From a virus, in IMG/VR virus record IMGVR_UViG_3300023223_000669, positions 64,001-128,000 of that record: a stretch of 64,000 nt of DNA; one strand, written 5' to 3'. A program made the translations under genes and the position numbers. The notes below the pieces were generated by a model, which was not told the origin of the DNA, did not search any database, and saw only the letters and a program-made list of their open reading frames with translations. Shown here piece after piece: positions 9,325 to 18,750 of this stretch. Every line of letters begins with the position of its first letter. Positions within the stretch are counted from its first letter, which is position 1.

Positions 9325-10254
9325 ATGGAGCGTACCCACGCCAAAATTGTCAAACGTGGTAACCAGTGGTGTGTTGTCTCTGAAGACGGTACTAAGAACC
9401 TGGGCTGTTCGAACACTCGTGAGGGTGCCGAAAAACGGCTCAAGCAGGTTGAGTTTTTTAAGCACAAAGGGTCAGCAGATATGGATTATAAAGACGCATT
9501 CGGCAATCTTGGTAAGGCATTGAGCCAGGGGTTCACCCCCGATCATCTCGGCGGACCTGGTAGTCAACCTCCCAAGGTAGAGGTAGAATCCGAGACGCTG
9601 AGCGTGGCAGATAGTCTAAAGGAAGGAACTATTGCCGGCTTTGTTTGTGAGCGTCTTCTAGACACCAAGGATCACTTCCCTGTCATTACGCAGACCCAGG
9701 CTCAGTCGAGCATGGCACGCGTTATGCAACTGACCGAAATCCCTGGTTGGTATGCTGGTGACCTGTCGGAACTCCGCCAGGACGTATACGCTGGTATCAC
9801 AAAGCTACACCCGGACATTGAACTCAATGTGCGGGTGTCTGCCGAACAGGCGGTTGGTCTTGGTCTTTCTGATGGCGAGACGCCTGCTGCGACTTCGAAG
9901 ACCTCTGTGAAGGACCCCGAAGATGATCGTAAGCGAGATATGGTTCCTCAAGTTGCTCGTCCGACCCTGACGAGTGCCCAAGTGGAAGCAGCTCTTAATG
10001 ATGAAGAAACACGCAAGGCGGTTGCTGGCCGTCTTATGGAATTGCTTGATAAGCAAATCGAGCATATGAAGAGTGCTAAGAAAGTTGGTCAACGACTTTT
10101 GAAGGGCGGCATGAAGGCTGAGGAGTTTGATCAGCTCAGCACATATGTTCAAGAAGATATTCTTCGCGAGCTTATGTCGCGTGGCGTTAACGCTGCCCAG
10201 GCTACTGAAGATCGTCGCCGCGAATTGCTAAACCGCATGCAGAACAATGGCTAG
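9325..10254 (+). CDS. Head-module hypothetical protein
   Basis: 309 aa; N-terminal IVKRGNQWCVVSEDGTKNLGC..TREGAEKRLKQVEFFK domain recurrent in large phages. Confidence 0.7.
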   Translation: MERTHAKIVKRGNQWCVVSEDGTKNLGCSNTREGAEKRLKQVEFFKHKGSADMDYKDAFGNLGKALSQGFTPDHLGGPGSQPPKVEVESETLSVADSLKEGTIAGFVCERLLDTKDHFPVITQTQAQSSMARVMQLTEIPGWYAGDLSELRQDVYAGITKLHPDIELNVRVSAEQAVGLGLSDGETPAATSKTSVKDPEDDRKRDMVPQVARPTLTSAQVEAALNDEETRKAVAGRLMELLDKQIEHMKSAKKVGQRLLKGGMKAEEFDQLSTYVQEDILRELMSRGVNAAQATEDRRRELLNRMQNNG

Positions 10255-10435
10255 TCGTCAGTTTAGACCTGAAGCGTTTTGGCTTATTGCTCGTCAACGC
10301 CAATTTGATAGAGATGGTCAGCCGTTTGAGTTATTGATTGGCGAGATCAATCCTTTTAACCAACCTCAGAAACCAACTGATGGTGGTAAAAAGAAGAAGA
10401 AGAAAAAGAAAAAGACAACGGTACGGCCGTATTAA
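10247..10435 (+). CDS. Small protein with nine-Lys tract
   Basis: ATG overlaps end of upstream gene; GGKKKKKKKKKTTVRPY; stop precedes RBS of next gene. Confidence 0.6.
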   Translation: MASRQFRPEAFWLIARQRQFDRDGQPFELLIGEINPFNQPQKPTDGGKKKKKKKKKTTVRPY

Positions 10436-10447
10436 GGGGGACTCATT

Positions 10448-10759
10448 ATGGCTACTGCATTAAATTCTGGTTTCACCAACAACATCAATACGATTCAACT
10501 TCGTGTGAATGGTGCTCATTCGCATCGTGTGACGGATCGTCCTATTGATGTGACTGGTGATGGTATCGAAGAACAAGTGACTGTCGCCCATGTTTCCGGT
10601 CATGCGGTTGGCGTTCCCAGTGCTCCGGGTGGTGTAACACGCAGTACGGTAACCATTCCTGCTGGTTCTGCACGCACCATTATTGCTCAAGTTACTGAGA
10701 CTGATGGTGGCGTTCACACGGATAATGATGTACTTGAAAACACCGAAGGAGTTAGCTAA
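10448..10759 (+). CDS. Small beta-rich probable virion protein
   Basis: AAGGGGGA RBS; Thr/Val/Gly-rich; head module. Confidence 0.65.
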   Translation: MATALNSGFTNNINTIQLRVNGAHSHRVTDRPIDVTGDGIEEQVTVAHVSGHAVGVPSAPGGVTRSTVTIPAGSARTIIAQVTETDGGVHTDNDVLENTEGVS

Positions 10760-11256
10760 TGGCTCGTGAAGACTATATCGACGAATGCCTTGATCCCCGC
10801 AAGCGACCCATAGACCGCAATCGTGGCCTACAGGCCGATGGGTTTGCAGAGGCATTACAGAGGGCAGCCGGTAAACCTTATGATGAGGTTCCCGACGAGT
10901 TGGGAGAAGGCGGCGTTCGCTCCACGCCCGGCACCGATATTGCTGACCCATATGGCTCACAAATCCAGCCGAAGGGGGTTCCGGTGTGGGACCATCCCCC
11001 TTTGACTCCTAAGGAAGAAGCGGTATATTATGGTGTCCATATCCATAGCGAGTCAAATCCATTGGGTTTGCATTCGCACGTCCCCGGTGGGACATCTGGT
11101 GGAGGCCACAGCCACGGCCCCCAAAACCGCTTTGGCTCACATCATCACAAGACGGAGAAGCCGTTATACGGTATTACCCTTGATGGTGTTCACGTTCACG
11201 ACGGAAACAACTATCCCGATGGGTCACATAACCATTGCCCAGAGAATTTTGGGTAG
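10759..11256 (+). CDS. Protein with six G-x-H-x-H repeats (fibre/needle-type metal sites)
   Basis: GVHIH, GLHSH, GGHSH, GSHHH, GVHVH, GSHNH in the C-terminal 75 aa. Confidence 0.65.
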   Translation: MAREDYIDECLDPRKRPIDRNRGLQADGFAEALQRAAGKPYDEVPDELGEGGVRSTPGTDIADPYGSQIQPKGVPVWDHPPLTPKEEAVYYGVHIHSESNPLGLHSHVPGGTSGGGHSHGPQNRFGSHHHKTEKPLYGITLDGVHVHDGNNYPDGSHNHCPENFG

Positions 11257-11268
11257 TAGTTTTGCCGT

Positions 11269-11279
11269 TTAGTTTATTA
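11269..11279 (+). promoter_or_regulatory. Putative late promoter TTAGTTTATTA
   Basis: Variant of the repeated motif immediately before the protease gene. Confidence 0.55.
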
Positions 11280-11283
11280 GTCG

Positions 11284-13176
11284 ATGGGCATGAAATATCG
11301 TACAACAGTAATTGCTAGAGCAGACGTGGTAAAGCCTAACTCTGATGAGTTTAAGGCTATGGCCGCATCTCTCAAGGATCGCTATGGTTTCGATCTGAAA
11401 CCACAGATGGACTTGATGTATGTACGTTCGTGTCTAGTTTCTGCTGGAGCCGGTGTTGGTGTAAATGATAATGACGACATCTTCACTCGTGATGAAGCCT
11501 GGGCGGCTCGCCATACGCCCGTCTTGAAGCCATTTAACTGGCAGCATGAAGACAAAGATATCATTGGCGTAATGTATACGGTGCAGGCTCGTGCTGTTGA
11601 TAATGGTGACATTCTTGACATCAATGATGACACCACGCCTGACCGAGATTTTGACCTGTATGTAGAAGCAGCCATTTTTAGCTTAGTACACGAAGATCGT
11701 GCCGCCGAGATCGCAACTAGATCAAAGGGCGGTAATCTTTATGTGTCTATGGAAGCATGGTTTGATGATTACAACTACGGGCTATATGATAGCGAGACTG
11801 GTACTTTAGACCGTACCGTAGCTCGCAATGAGAAAACCAGTTTCCTTGACAAGCATTTGCGTGCGAACAGTGGGACTGGTATTTATCGTGATCCTGAATC
11901 CGATCAGGATATGCGGATCGGTCGCGTCCTAAGGTCCATTACCTTCGGAGGCTGTGGTTTTGTTGATCATCCCGCCAACAAGCGTTCTGTTATTGAGGCT
12001 GTTGAGCCTATGACTTCGTTTGGGGAGCGAGATACCGAATTGCAAATTGAAAGACTACTTGAAAGAGTAAAGGTTTTGGAATCTCAAGGAGAAGTTATCG
12101 AGGAGGTAACTCTAATGAATACTCAAGCTAGTAACCCGGGGACAAAGCCCGAGGAACTTACTGCGGCGGTCGATACTGCTCTCGATAAGAGAGACAAGGT
12201 TGCTGCGGAAAGACAGGCAAAGGCTTCTCTTGAAGCTCGTGCCTCTGAAGCTGAAGAGAAGGCTGGAAAGCTAGAAACTCAGGTTCAAGAACTGACAGAA
12301 GCTAAGGAAGCTAAGGAAGCCGAAGTACAGGCACTCCAAACTCAGATGGAAGAATACGGTCAAGCCGTTGATAGTCTGGTTCAGGAGCATACTGCTGCTG
12401 GTGCAACTAGCGATACTCCTGCTGAAATCGCTGCTATCGATGCAACGACTGATGGCGATGGTGCCTGGAAGGCCAAGCTTGCTTGGCTTGAAAAGTCAAC
12501 TGCTAAGCTAGCCACTCGTGCCGCTCGTGCTGATGAGCTGGAAACCCAGCTTGCTGAAGCCGAAGCAGTAGTTCGTGAGCAGGAAATTCGTAGTTTGCTC
12601 GGTGAGACCTTCTCCGAAGAAACTGTTGAAGTCATGATTACTCGTGCCGCTGATCTTGATGAGGAAGCTTATCAAGCATGGCGTGACGAAAAAGAACTCA
12701 TGGTTATCGAAATGGTTGCTGCTGCGAAGCATGCTAACGATAAGAAGCTTCCGCCGTTTATGCAGAAGAAGAAGAACGGCGAGGACAAGAATGGTAAGGA
12801 AGCTAAGGCGGAGAACCCGTTTAAAGCTCTCCTAGAGCAACGTCGTGTGGAAAGTGGATCGGCTTCGCCCGATACGCCGCCGATGTTGTCGGACAGAATT
12901 AATCCTCCTGGAGACGATGGCGTCAAGAGTGGCGTTACTCCCGCTTCTCCAGGTTTAAGTACACCGCGTCACAAGATTGCTGGCTCTGCCGGGGACGACC
13001 TTGCTGGACAGCTTGACAATGTTCAAGCTGATGGCGACGTTTCACTTGCCGGATCTCAAGCTGGTGATGATGGTGAAGGAGTTAATGCGTTTCGCGTTCT
13101 CGCGAGCGTCGTAGCTCCCGTAGAAGAAGAAGATGAAGGCTCGGACTCACGTCCGGACTTCGATCCCACTAAGTAA
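11284..13176 (+). CDS. Prohead protease-scaffold fusion
   Basis: KPFNWQH (His), LYVSMEAWF (Ser), ITFGGCGFVDHPAN; coiled-coil acidic C-half; upstream of decoration and capsid genes. Confidence 0.8.
   Translation: MGMKYRTTVIARADVVKPNSDEFKAMAASLKDRYGFDLKPQMDLMYVRSCLVSAGAGVGVNDNDDIFTRDEAWAARHTPVLKPFNWQHEDKDIIGVMYTVQARAVDNGDILDINDDTTPDRDFDLYVEAAIFSLVHEDRAAEIATRSKGGNLYVSMEAWFDDYNYGLYDSETGTLDRTVARNEKTSFLDKHLRANSGTGIYRDPESDQDMRIGRVLRSITFGGCGFVDHPANKRSVIEAVEPMTSFGERDTELQIERLLERVKVLESQGEVIEEVTLMNTQASNPGTKPEELTAAVDTALDKRDKVAAERQAKASLEARASEAEEKAGKLETQVQELTEAKEAKEAEVQALQTQMEEYGQAVDSLVQEHTAAGATSDTPAEIAAIDATTDGDGAWKAKLAWLEKSTAKLATRAARADELETQLAEAEAVVREQEIRSLLGETFSEETVEVMITRAADLDEEAYQAWRDEKELMVIEMVAAAKHANDKKLPPFMQKKKNGEDKNGKEAKAENPFKALLEQRRVESGSASPDTPPMLSDRINPPGDDGVKSGVTPASPGLSTPRHKIAGSAGDDLAGQLDNVQADGDVSLAGSQAGDDGEGVNAFRVLASVVAPVEEEDEGSDSRPDFDPTK
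12115..13176 (+). CDS. Nested scaffolding protein from an internal in-frame start
   Basis: GAGGAGGT at 12100-12107 then in-frame ATG 12115 at the protease/coiled-coil boundary. Confidence 0.6.
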   Translation: MNTQASNPGTKPEELTAAVDTALDKRDKVAAERQAKASLEARASEAEEKAGKLETQVQELTEAKEAKEAEVQALQTQMEEYGQAVDSLVQEHTAAGATSDTPAEIAAIDATTDGDGAWKAKLAWLEKSTAKLATRAARADELETQLAEAEAVVREQEIRSLLGETFSEETVEVMITRAADLDEEAYQAWRDEKELMVIEMVAAAKHANDKKLPPFMQKKKNGEDKNGKEAKAENPFKALLEQRRVESGSASPDTPPMLSDRINPPGDDGVKSGVTPASPGLSTPRHKIAGSAGDDLAGQLDNVQADGDVSLAGSQAGDDGEGVNAFRVLASVVAPVEEEDEGSDSRPDFDPTK

Positions 13177-13188
13177 AGGAGGCTAGAA

Positions 13189-13656
13189 ATGGCTTTATTG
13201 CAATCTCGACAGACGCAGCATACTAATATTGACTGCTCTGTTTCTGGTGTTGCTGAACGTGGTGGTATTCTATCTTTCGTTCCCGGTGTTGCTGGTCTCT
13301 GTGAATATGCGGATGCTACCGCTGTTTCGGGGGCATTATCCAACCCTGCTGGTCTATTGCTTGATGATGTAGAAGCTCTTAACTACTACAACCATCCTGA
13401 GTACCGTCAGCGTAACGTTGTTCCGCAAGGAAGCGTGGTTGGTATTGCTACCGAAGGTGAGTTCCTCACTGACATGGTTGAGACAGCAACGGCCGATGGA
13501 GCGTCTGTAGGTACCTATGTTCCTGGCGACGACTTGTTTTTGGCGGATGATGGCAACGTAAGTCGCCAGCAGATCGCTGCCTTGCGTCCTTCCGTTGGTA
13601 AAGCCCTTGCGGCCATTACTGCTGACGGCTTCCTCAAGATCCGCGTGGAACTATAA
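13189..13656 (+). CDS. Capsid decoration/cement protein
   Basis: 155 aa between scaffold and MCP with AAGGAGG RBS; GDDLFLADDG...VGKAL...GFLKIRVEL. Confidence 0.7.
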   Translation: MALLQSRQTQHTNIDCSVSGVAERGGILSFVPGVAGLCEYADATAVSGALSNPAGLLLDDVEALNYYNHPEYRQRNVVPQGSVVGIATEGEFLTDMVETATADGASVGTYVPGDDLFLADDGNVSRQQIAALRPSVGKALAAITADGFLKIRVEL

Positions 13657-13667
13657 GGAGACCTCAA

Positions 13668-14693
13668 ATGAATTATCAACGTTATCCGCAAGAAGCAATT
13701 GACGCCCTGCGTGCAACTGCTGCACCGGACTCTGATGTCCGTGCTCGTGCTCAAAAGGCTTTTGCCGCTGAGCTAAATTCGCCCCTTCGTCAAGGGGTTT
13801 TTGATCGTGACAACCTAGGTGGCATTTACGAGAAGCAAGTCCTTGCTCCTGGTGCTCAAGCCAACTACCCGCTCGACTTCGTAAAGCCGGGTGAAGAAGA
13901 TGAATTCATCGCCTTCACTTTGCCGAAGCAGGGTCGTGTGCCGGAACGTCACGTCGAAGGCGACGAGTTGTGGGTGCCGACATTCCAGATCGGCAACGCA
14001 ATCGACTGGTCGCTTAAGTATGCTAAGGAAGCTCGTTTCGACGTTATTATGCGTGCGATTCGTGTTTACGAGGCTGGTTTTGTTCGTAAGATTAACTCTG
14101 ATGGTTGGCGTACCCTGCTTGGTGCTGCTGATGGTCGTGGCCTCACGGTTTCGGCTACCGGTGCTGCTCCGTTCACGGGTTCCACGCTCGCCCCGACTCC
14201 TGCTGCTGGTCAGTTCACCAAAGAACTTATTAGCCGTATGAAGACCGCGATGACTCGTGGTGCGGGCGGTAATGGTAACGCTGGGCGTCTGACTGATGTT
14301 TACCTTAGCCTTGAGGCGATGGAAGACATTCGTGCGTGGGATGTAGACGAAATTGACGAGTTCACTCGTCGTGAAATCTTCGTTTCGCGTGAGTATGGTC
14401 TTGCCCAAATTTACGGCGTTGTTCTTCATGAGATGACCGAGCTTGGCGAAGGTCAGGAGTACGAGGAATTCCTCGAAGTTACTCTTGCCCGTGCCCACAC
14501 TGGTTCGCTCTTGGAGTACTGCATCGGTCTTGACCTGTCCACAATGGACAGCATGGTCATGCCGATCCGTGAAGAACTCCAGACTTTCGAAGACCCGGCT
14601 CTCTACAGAGAGCAACGTGCGGGCATCTTCGGCTGGATGGAGCACGGTTTCGCCGTACTTGATCCGCGTCGTATCCTGATTGGCGAATTCTAA
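13668..14693 (+). CDS. Major capsid protein
   Basis: 341 aa, AAGGAG RBS, biased codons, followed by terminator; VPTFQIG..IDWSLKYAKEARFD and GIFGWMEHGFAVLDPRRIL. Confidence 0.85.
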   Translation: MNYQRYPQEAIDALRATAAPDSDVRARAQKAFAAELNSPLRQGVFDRDNLGGIYEKQVLAPGAQANYPLDFVKPGEEDEFIAFTLPKQGRVPERHVEGDELWVPTFQIGNAIDWSLKYAKEARFDVIMRAIRVYEAGFVRKINSDGWRTLLGAADGRGLTVSATGAAPFTGSTLAPTPAAGQFTKELISRMKTAMTRGAGGNGNAGRLTDVYLSLEAMEDIRAWDVDEIDEFTRREIFVSREYGLAQIYGVVLHEMTELGEGQEYEEFLEVTLARAHTGSLLEYCIGLDLSTMDSMVMPIREELQTFEDPALYREQRAGIFGWMEHGFAVLDPRRILIGEF

Positions 14694-14717
14694 GCCGAAC
14701 AGCGACAGCTAGATCCT

Positions 14718-14755
14718 AAGGGGGCGGTAGGGTGTGAATCCTACTGCCCCCTTTG
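14718..14755 (+). terminator. Intrinsic terminator after MCP
   Basis: AAGGGGGCGGTAGG / CCTACTGCCCCCTT 14-bp stem (one G-U), short T run. Confidence 0.8.
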
Positions 14756-14756
14756 C

Positions 14757-14767
14757 TTAGTGTATTC
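14757..14767 (+). promoter_or_regulatory. Putative late promoter TTAGTGTATTC
   Basis: Motif abuts the terminator and would restart transcription for neck genes. Confidence 0.65.
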
Positions 14768-14810
14768 TTTAGTAGGTCTCACGCACAGGCACTTTAAACA
14801 GTAAATCATC

Positions 14811-15683
14811 ATGGCTGGCGAAACAAAAGTATTAACAGTGGGTCAGGCAGCTTCGGCACTTGATATCTTTTTGTCTGCTAACGGAACGGCCGTGAGTGGA
14901 CAAAATGTTGGCTTCGAGTTGTTTGATGCAGCGAACGTATCTGCCGCCAGTGGTGTTGCATTGAATCCAGCCTTGGGAACATACCAAGCTGCGGGATCTA
15001 TTCCCGCCGGATTCCAGATTGGCACATGGCGTGTGGAGTGGAATATCATTACAGCGGCCTTGGAGCTTGTGACAGCTACCGAGCCCTTCTGTGTGCAAGC
15101 CATTCAAGTTACTATTGGCTTTGTGCCAACAACCGATAAGACTAGTACGATCTATGAGGCCGTACGTTTAGATATTGGCGACCCTGACGGACAGGTATTC
15201 AATGATGATTTCCTCAAAAGGAATCTCACGAAAGCCGTGCGTAGACTTAACCACCGTCTCGGATTGTCACCCACCGCACGACCTAAAGGTATTCCTGGTG
15301 GTTTCGGTGGGCCTCGTTTGAAAGTTTCCCCCATTGTTGCCGATGTAGAAGCTGGCACAATCACGCCTTGTAATGATGAAATACAAGATTTGATGATTTT
15401 ACAGATGGAATATATCATTATTTCAAGTGAACTCACTGCACTTAAACGTTTGGCTGCTACCTCTAGCTCTGGTCCTTATGCTGGTTTAGTTGGTTCTGCT
15501 AGTCAGGATGGTATCTCGGTAACCAACGCGGACGGCATAAAAGTTTCGATTTCTCCCGGTCGTTTAAATGTCAGGGCTGACTTGCATAAATTTGATGTCA
15601 AGCGTCGTGGCGAAGAACTAGAAGCAGCCATAAGAGCATTTTTGAATAGAATGACTGCTAATTTTGGCAAGCTAATCTATTAA
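14811..15683 (+). CDS. Putative head-tail adaptor with N-terminal Ig-like domain
   Basis: First gene after MCP; beta-rich N-part (GTWRVEWNI), helical C-part (IYEAVRLDIGD...FLKRNLTKAVRRLN). Confidence 0.55.
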   Translation: MAGETKVLTVGQAASALDIFLSANGTAVSGQNVGFELFDAANVSAASGVALNPALGTYQAAGSIPAGFQIGTWRVEWNIITAALELVTATEPFCVQAIQVTIGFVPTTDKTSTIYEAVRLDIGDPDGQVFNDDFLKRNLTKAVRRLNHRLGLSPTARPKGIPGGFGGPRLKVSPIVADVEAGTITPCNDEIQDLMILQMEYIIISSELTALKRLAATSSSGPYAGLVGSASQDGISVTNADGIKVSISPGRLNVRADLHKFDVKRRGEELEAAIRAFLNRMTANFGKLIY

Positions 15684-16288
15684 TGTTTAATAAAACTTGT
15701 AAACATTGTGACGGGGATTTTGTTGCACAGAACGTGCGATTATTGTATTGTTCTGTCAAGTGCAAAAACAAACTCAAGTCTGAGAAGATCATGGCTAAAC
15801 GTTGTAGTAATAAAGATGCCTACAATGCTTATCAAAGACAATGGCGTTCAAAAAATTCAAATCATTGTAGCCAATGGGAGAAAGATAGATATGCCACTAA
15901 CGAGCGTGTACGTGAACAAAAAATAAAAGCTGCTAAAAAATGGCACAGGAACAATCTTGAACGCAGCCGTGAAAACAACAGGCGGTATTATTTGGCCAAC
16001 TACGAAAGATTCGCTGCTGCCAATCTGGCCCGCCATTCACGTCAACCCATGGACAAAGAACTTGTCTTGCAGATTTTTGAAGAAGACAACTATACATGTG
16101 TTTATTGTAGTGTTCGTGGAGGCAAGCTGACCATTGATCACAAGATCCCCGTATCGTGCGGCGGTACTAATGATCGTAACAATCTGTGTACGGCATGTCA
16201 CCGATGCAACTGTTCCAAGGGTGCAAAGACTGTTCAAGAATTTGAACAATATATGTTAGAGGTATTGTATAGTGCTTGTGTTTTGTAA
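15683..16288 (+). CDS. Free-standing HNH endonuclease
   Basis: EEDNYTCVYC...LTIDHKIPVSCGGTNDRNNLCTACHRCNCSKG. Confidence 0.88.
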   Translation: MFNKTCKHCDGDFVAQNVRLLYCSVKCKNKLKSEKIMAKRCSNKDAYNAYQRQWRSKNSNHCSQWEKDRYATNERVREQKIKAAKKWHRNNLERSRENNRRYYLANYERFAAANLARHSRQPMDKELVLQIFEEDNYTCVYCSVRGGKLTIDHKIPVSCGGTNDRNNLCTACHRCNCSKGAKTVQEFEQYMLEVLYSACVL

Positions 16289-16616
16289 AAACCCCCGTGG
16301 TATTCTGCATCTACATAGTTTTAGAATCCATGGACGCGAGACCAAGTACAAACCCTGTGACATTCCATTCGATCTTTACAACGCAAACAAAGACGCATTG
16401 GTCGATGGCACCTATCGAGAGATCACTCTTCGTGGTCTATTCGGTGTTACATTTCCTGAAATTGCTTTCACATATAACGAAATTCGTTGGCTTCCAGAAA
16501 GAACATTAGATACAATAGGCCCTCTCATGGTCGATCAGTATGATTCAACATGGTCTCATAAGAAAAAAACTGATCAAATCAAGGTAGCACTTCGCAATGT
16601 CTCTCCGTCCTCTTAG
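16272..16616 (+). CDS. Hypothetical protein, neck region
   Basis: GAGGT RBS 16259-16263, GTG start. Confidence 0.6.
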   Translation: MLVFCKNPRGILHLHSFRIHGRETKYKPCDIPFDLYNANKDALVDGTYREITLRGLFGVTFPEIAFTYNEIRWLPERTLDTIGPLMVDQYDSTWSHKKKTDQIKVALRNVSPSS

Positions 16617-17172
16617 ACAGACCGAACAGGTCAACATCGATTTCATCACTCCTCATACACAGGAAAGGGGTGGATGTCTAAGCTTTGTACTATCTTCTGG
16701 TCTGTTTATTGTAGAGTATGCGGCAAATCCCAGCGGACTAAAGACACTAGGTATTCAGCTCAATGATATTGAGAACATGAACCTATCCCGACAATACCAT
16801 CGGACATATTCTCATCCGGCCGCTACAACCGACGTGCCTTGCGGTATTGTCGGGGTAGCAATCCAAGGAGATTTCATTACTGATTGGTTGGAATTAGTGG
16901 GCACCGTATTTCCGGGCGATGCCGCCTTTGCTGGTCCTAGCGGTACCTTCACCAATGTTGCTACGGGCGGTGGGCAGAGAATTGGTAAATTCATTGGTGT
17001 GCTAGATCCTGATCCACACACGGTAACGTGGCGTGGTCTTGGGTTTAGCCGACTGTTTGTAGACCCTTGTGATAAAAAGCAGAAATGGGAAAACAATCCT
17101 GCTGATGCTATACATATTGTTTCGCCGGGGTATATTAAGATTCGTGTAGATTTTGGTGCGAGTAATAGATAA
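16597..17172 (+). CDS. Second, diverged capsid-decoration paralogue
   Basis: Aligns by eye with 13189..13656: RQT..NID, ERGG.LSFV, G.VG.A..G.F.TD, G..KIRV. Confidence 0.7.
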   Translation: MSLRPLRQTEQVNIDFITPHTQERGGCLSFVLSSGLFIVEYAANPSGLKTLGIQLNDIENMNLSRQYHRTYSHPAATTDVPCGIVGVAIQGDFITDWLELVGTVFPGDAAFAGPSGTFTNVATGGGQRIGKFIGVLDPDPHTVTWRGLGFSRLFVDPCDKKQKWENNPADAIHIVSPGYIKIRVDFGASNR

Positions 17173-17711
17173 TGGTTCTTTTACCCAACAATGAGAATTT
17201 TGCTGCTGCGAGTGGCATTATCGATTCTGATTTCTTGGAGTCTATTTATCATTCCTTGATGGACGAGACGTACGTTGATTTGGGCCGTACTGTGATATTG
17301 CATCTTGATCCGGCGGTTGAGCAGGATGTAGTGACGCAAGCTCAGGCAGCCCCCCAGATGTACAATCCGTTTTTTGGGCGTACGCCTGTGCCACAGATAA
17401 ATACACGTAATCCTGGTGTCAAAATCACGCACCGTGATGTGCAGTACGAAGCACAAATTCGCATTGGTCCTATCAAGGCAGATGAGGACACTCAGGGCAT
17501 TGGCGACCTTGCCGAAAATGAAGCCATGATCACGCTGGTTATCGAATCACTACCCCATCTGAAACAGACACAGACCATTAGTATTGAAGGACGACGTTAC
17601 AAGCTTGACAATACTCGTCCTATTGGGTTCATTCAGAGACGCTATATCATGGTGAAACTGACCGAGACCCAAGAGAGGGAACCTCCCACACCCACTAACA
17701 CGATTGGTTAA
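17172..17711 (+). CDS. Putative head-closure/stopper protein
   Basis: Neck position; beta-barrel-like ending TISIEGRRYKLDNTRPIG..RRYIMVKL. Confidence 0.5.
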   Translation: MVLLPNNENFAAASGIIDSDFLESIYHSLMDETYVDLGRTVILHLDPAVEQDVVTQAQAAPQMYNPFFGRTPVPQINTRNPGVKITHRDVQYEAQIRIGPIKADEDTQGIGDLAENEAMITLVIESLPHLKQTQTISIEGRRYKLDNTRPIGFIQRRYIMVKLTETQEREPPTPTNTIG

Positions 17712-17713
17712 CC

Positions 17714-18739
17714 ATGGGCCTGGAATATAAATTACGCAGCTTGCTCAAGCTCAACTATAAACTCTTCGCGGACATGCACATGCTTCGTGAGGGGGCGTTT
17801 ACTAGTATTGCAAGTGGTGACACGTTCTATGATGGTCGTCCATTGAGTTTGTTGTTACCAGATACAACGTCAGACGATTTATTTGTCGCCATAGGCGACG
17901 GCCAAGTCTGGCAGTCTCCTTATCGTCAGTGGGTGTATGAATCTGGTGTACCTCTTGATGGTACCAATGTTCCAGCTCCTCCTGTTGTTGCTTCTGGTGT
18001 CTTCATTGAAGGTGCTTTCCGTGGAGTAGAAGATCCGACGTTCGGGCATACCATTGATTATACCAATGGCCGTATCATCTTTAATACGCCGCAGTCTTTG
18101 GACTTAGAGGTTCATGCGGATTTCTCTGCACGAGATGTGCGTATTACTTTCGAGCACCAATTCAATCAACAGTTTATCAATGGTGTACTAGAGACACAAT
18201 ACTTTACCAACCCACTCACGTCGATGCAGTTGGTGTATCCGTCTGGTAGAATTCAGAATTTTCCAGCGGTCTTTATAGAAGTAGACAGACGAACACTTGA
18301 AGGATATGAGCTTGGCAATCGTAGTGCGATCATTACGGACGAAGTGAAGTTTCATATCTGGGCTTTGGATGACATGCAGCGTGATAACATCGTAGACATC
18401 TTGACTGGTCAGTGGCGTAAGTCTCTGCCCATGATTGATTTTAACATTGCACCTCTGCCACTGTCTGGGATTTTCAACACCCTATCTCCTGAATATGTAC
18501 CATATCAAGAAATGCTACGCAATAGGGAATTGATTACGACGATTGGGTCTGGTGTACCTATCAAATATATGTCTTATATCGATGAAGTGGACAGTATGAA
18601 TCTACCACCAGCCGAAGAGTACGAAAGAGCCCTCGTGACGTATCATGTTAAGGTTTTCCTGAATGCTCCGACAACGCCGCTGGGACATCTGTTTGGGCCT
18701 ATCACAACCCTCCCCACCATACAGGATCCAGGCATCTAG
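17714..18739 (+). CDS. Putative tail terminator/completion protein
   Basis: Immediately upstream of tail tube unit; FPAVFIEV...EVKFHIWALDDMQRDNIVDIL. Confidence 0.5.
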   Translation: MGLEYKLRSLLKLNYKLFADMHMLREGAFTSIASGDTFYDGRPLSLLLPDTTSDDLFVAIGDGQVWQSPYRQWVYESGVPLDGTNVPAPPVVASGVFIEGAFRGVEDPTFGHTIDYTNGRIIFNTPQSLDLEVHADFSARDVRITFEHQFNQQFINGVLETQYFTNPLTSMQLVYPSGRIQNFPAVFIEVDRRTLEGYELGNRSAIITDEVKFHIWALDDMQRDNIVDILTGQWRKSLPMIDFNIAPLPLSGIFNTLSPEYVPYQEMLRNRELITTIGSGVPIKYMSYIDEVDSMNLPPAEEYERALVTYHVKVFLNAPTTPLGHLFGPITTLPTIQDPGI

Positions 18740-18750
18740 ACGCCTTATAT

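Noticed and set aside
13815-14645. Long antisense ORFs (276 aa here; also 29030..29638, 60450..61094, 10460..10960)
   Set aside because: Shadows of codon-biased + strand genes; no RBS or motifs; all supported genes are on the + strand
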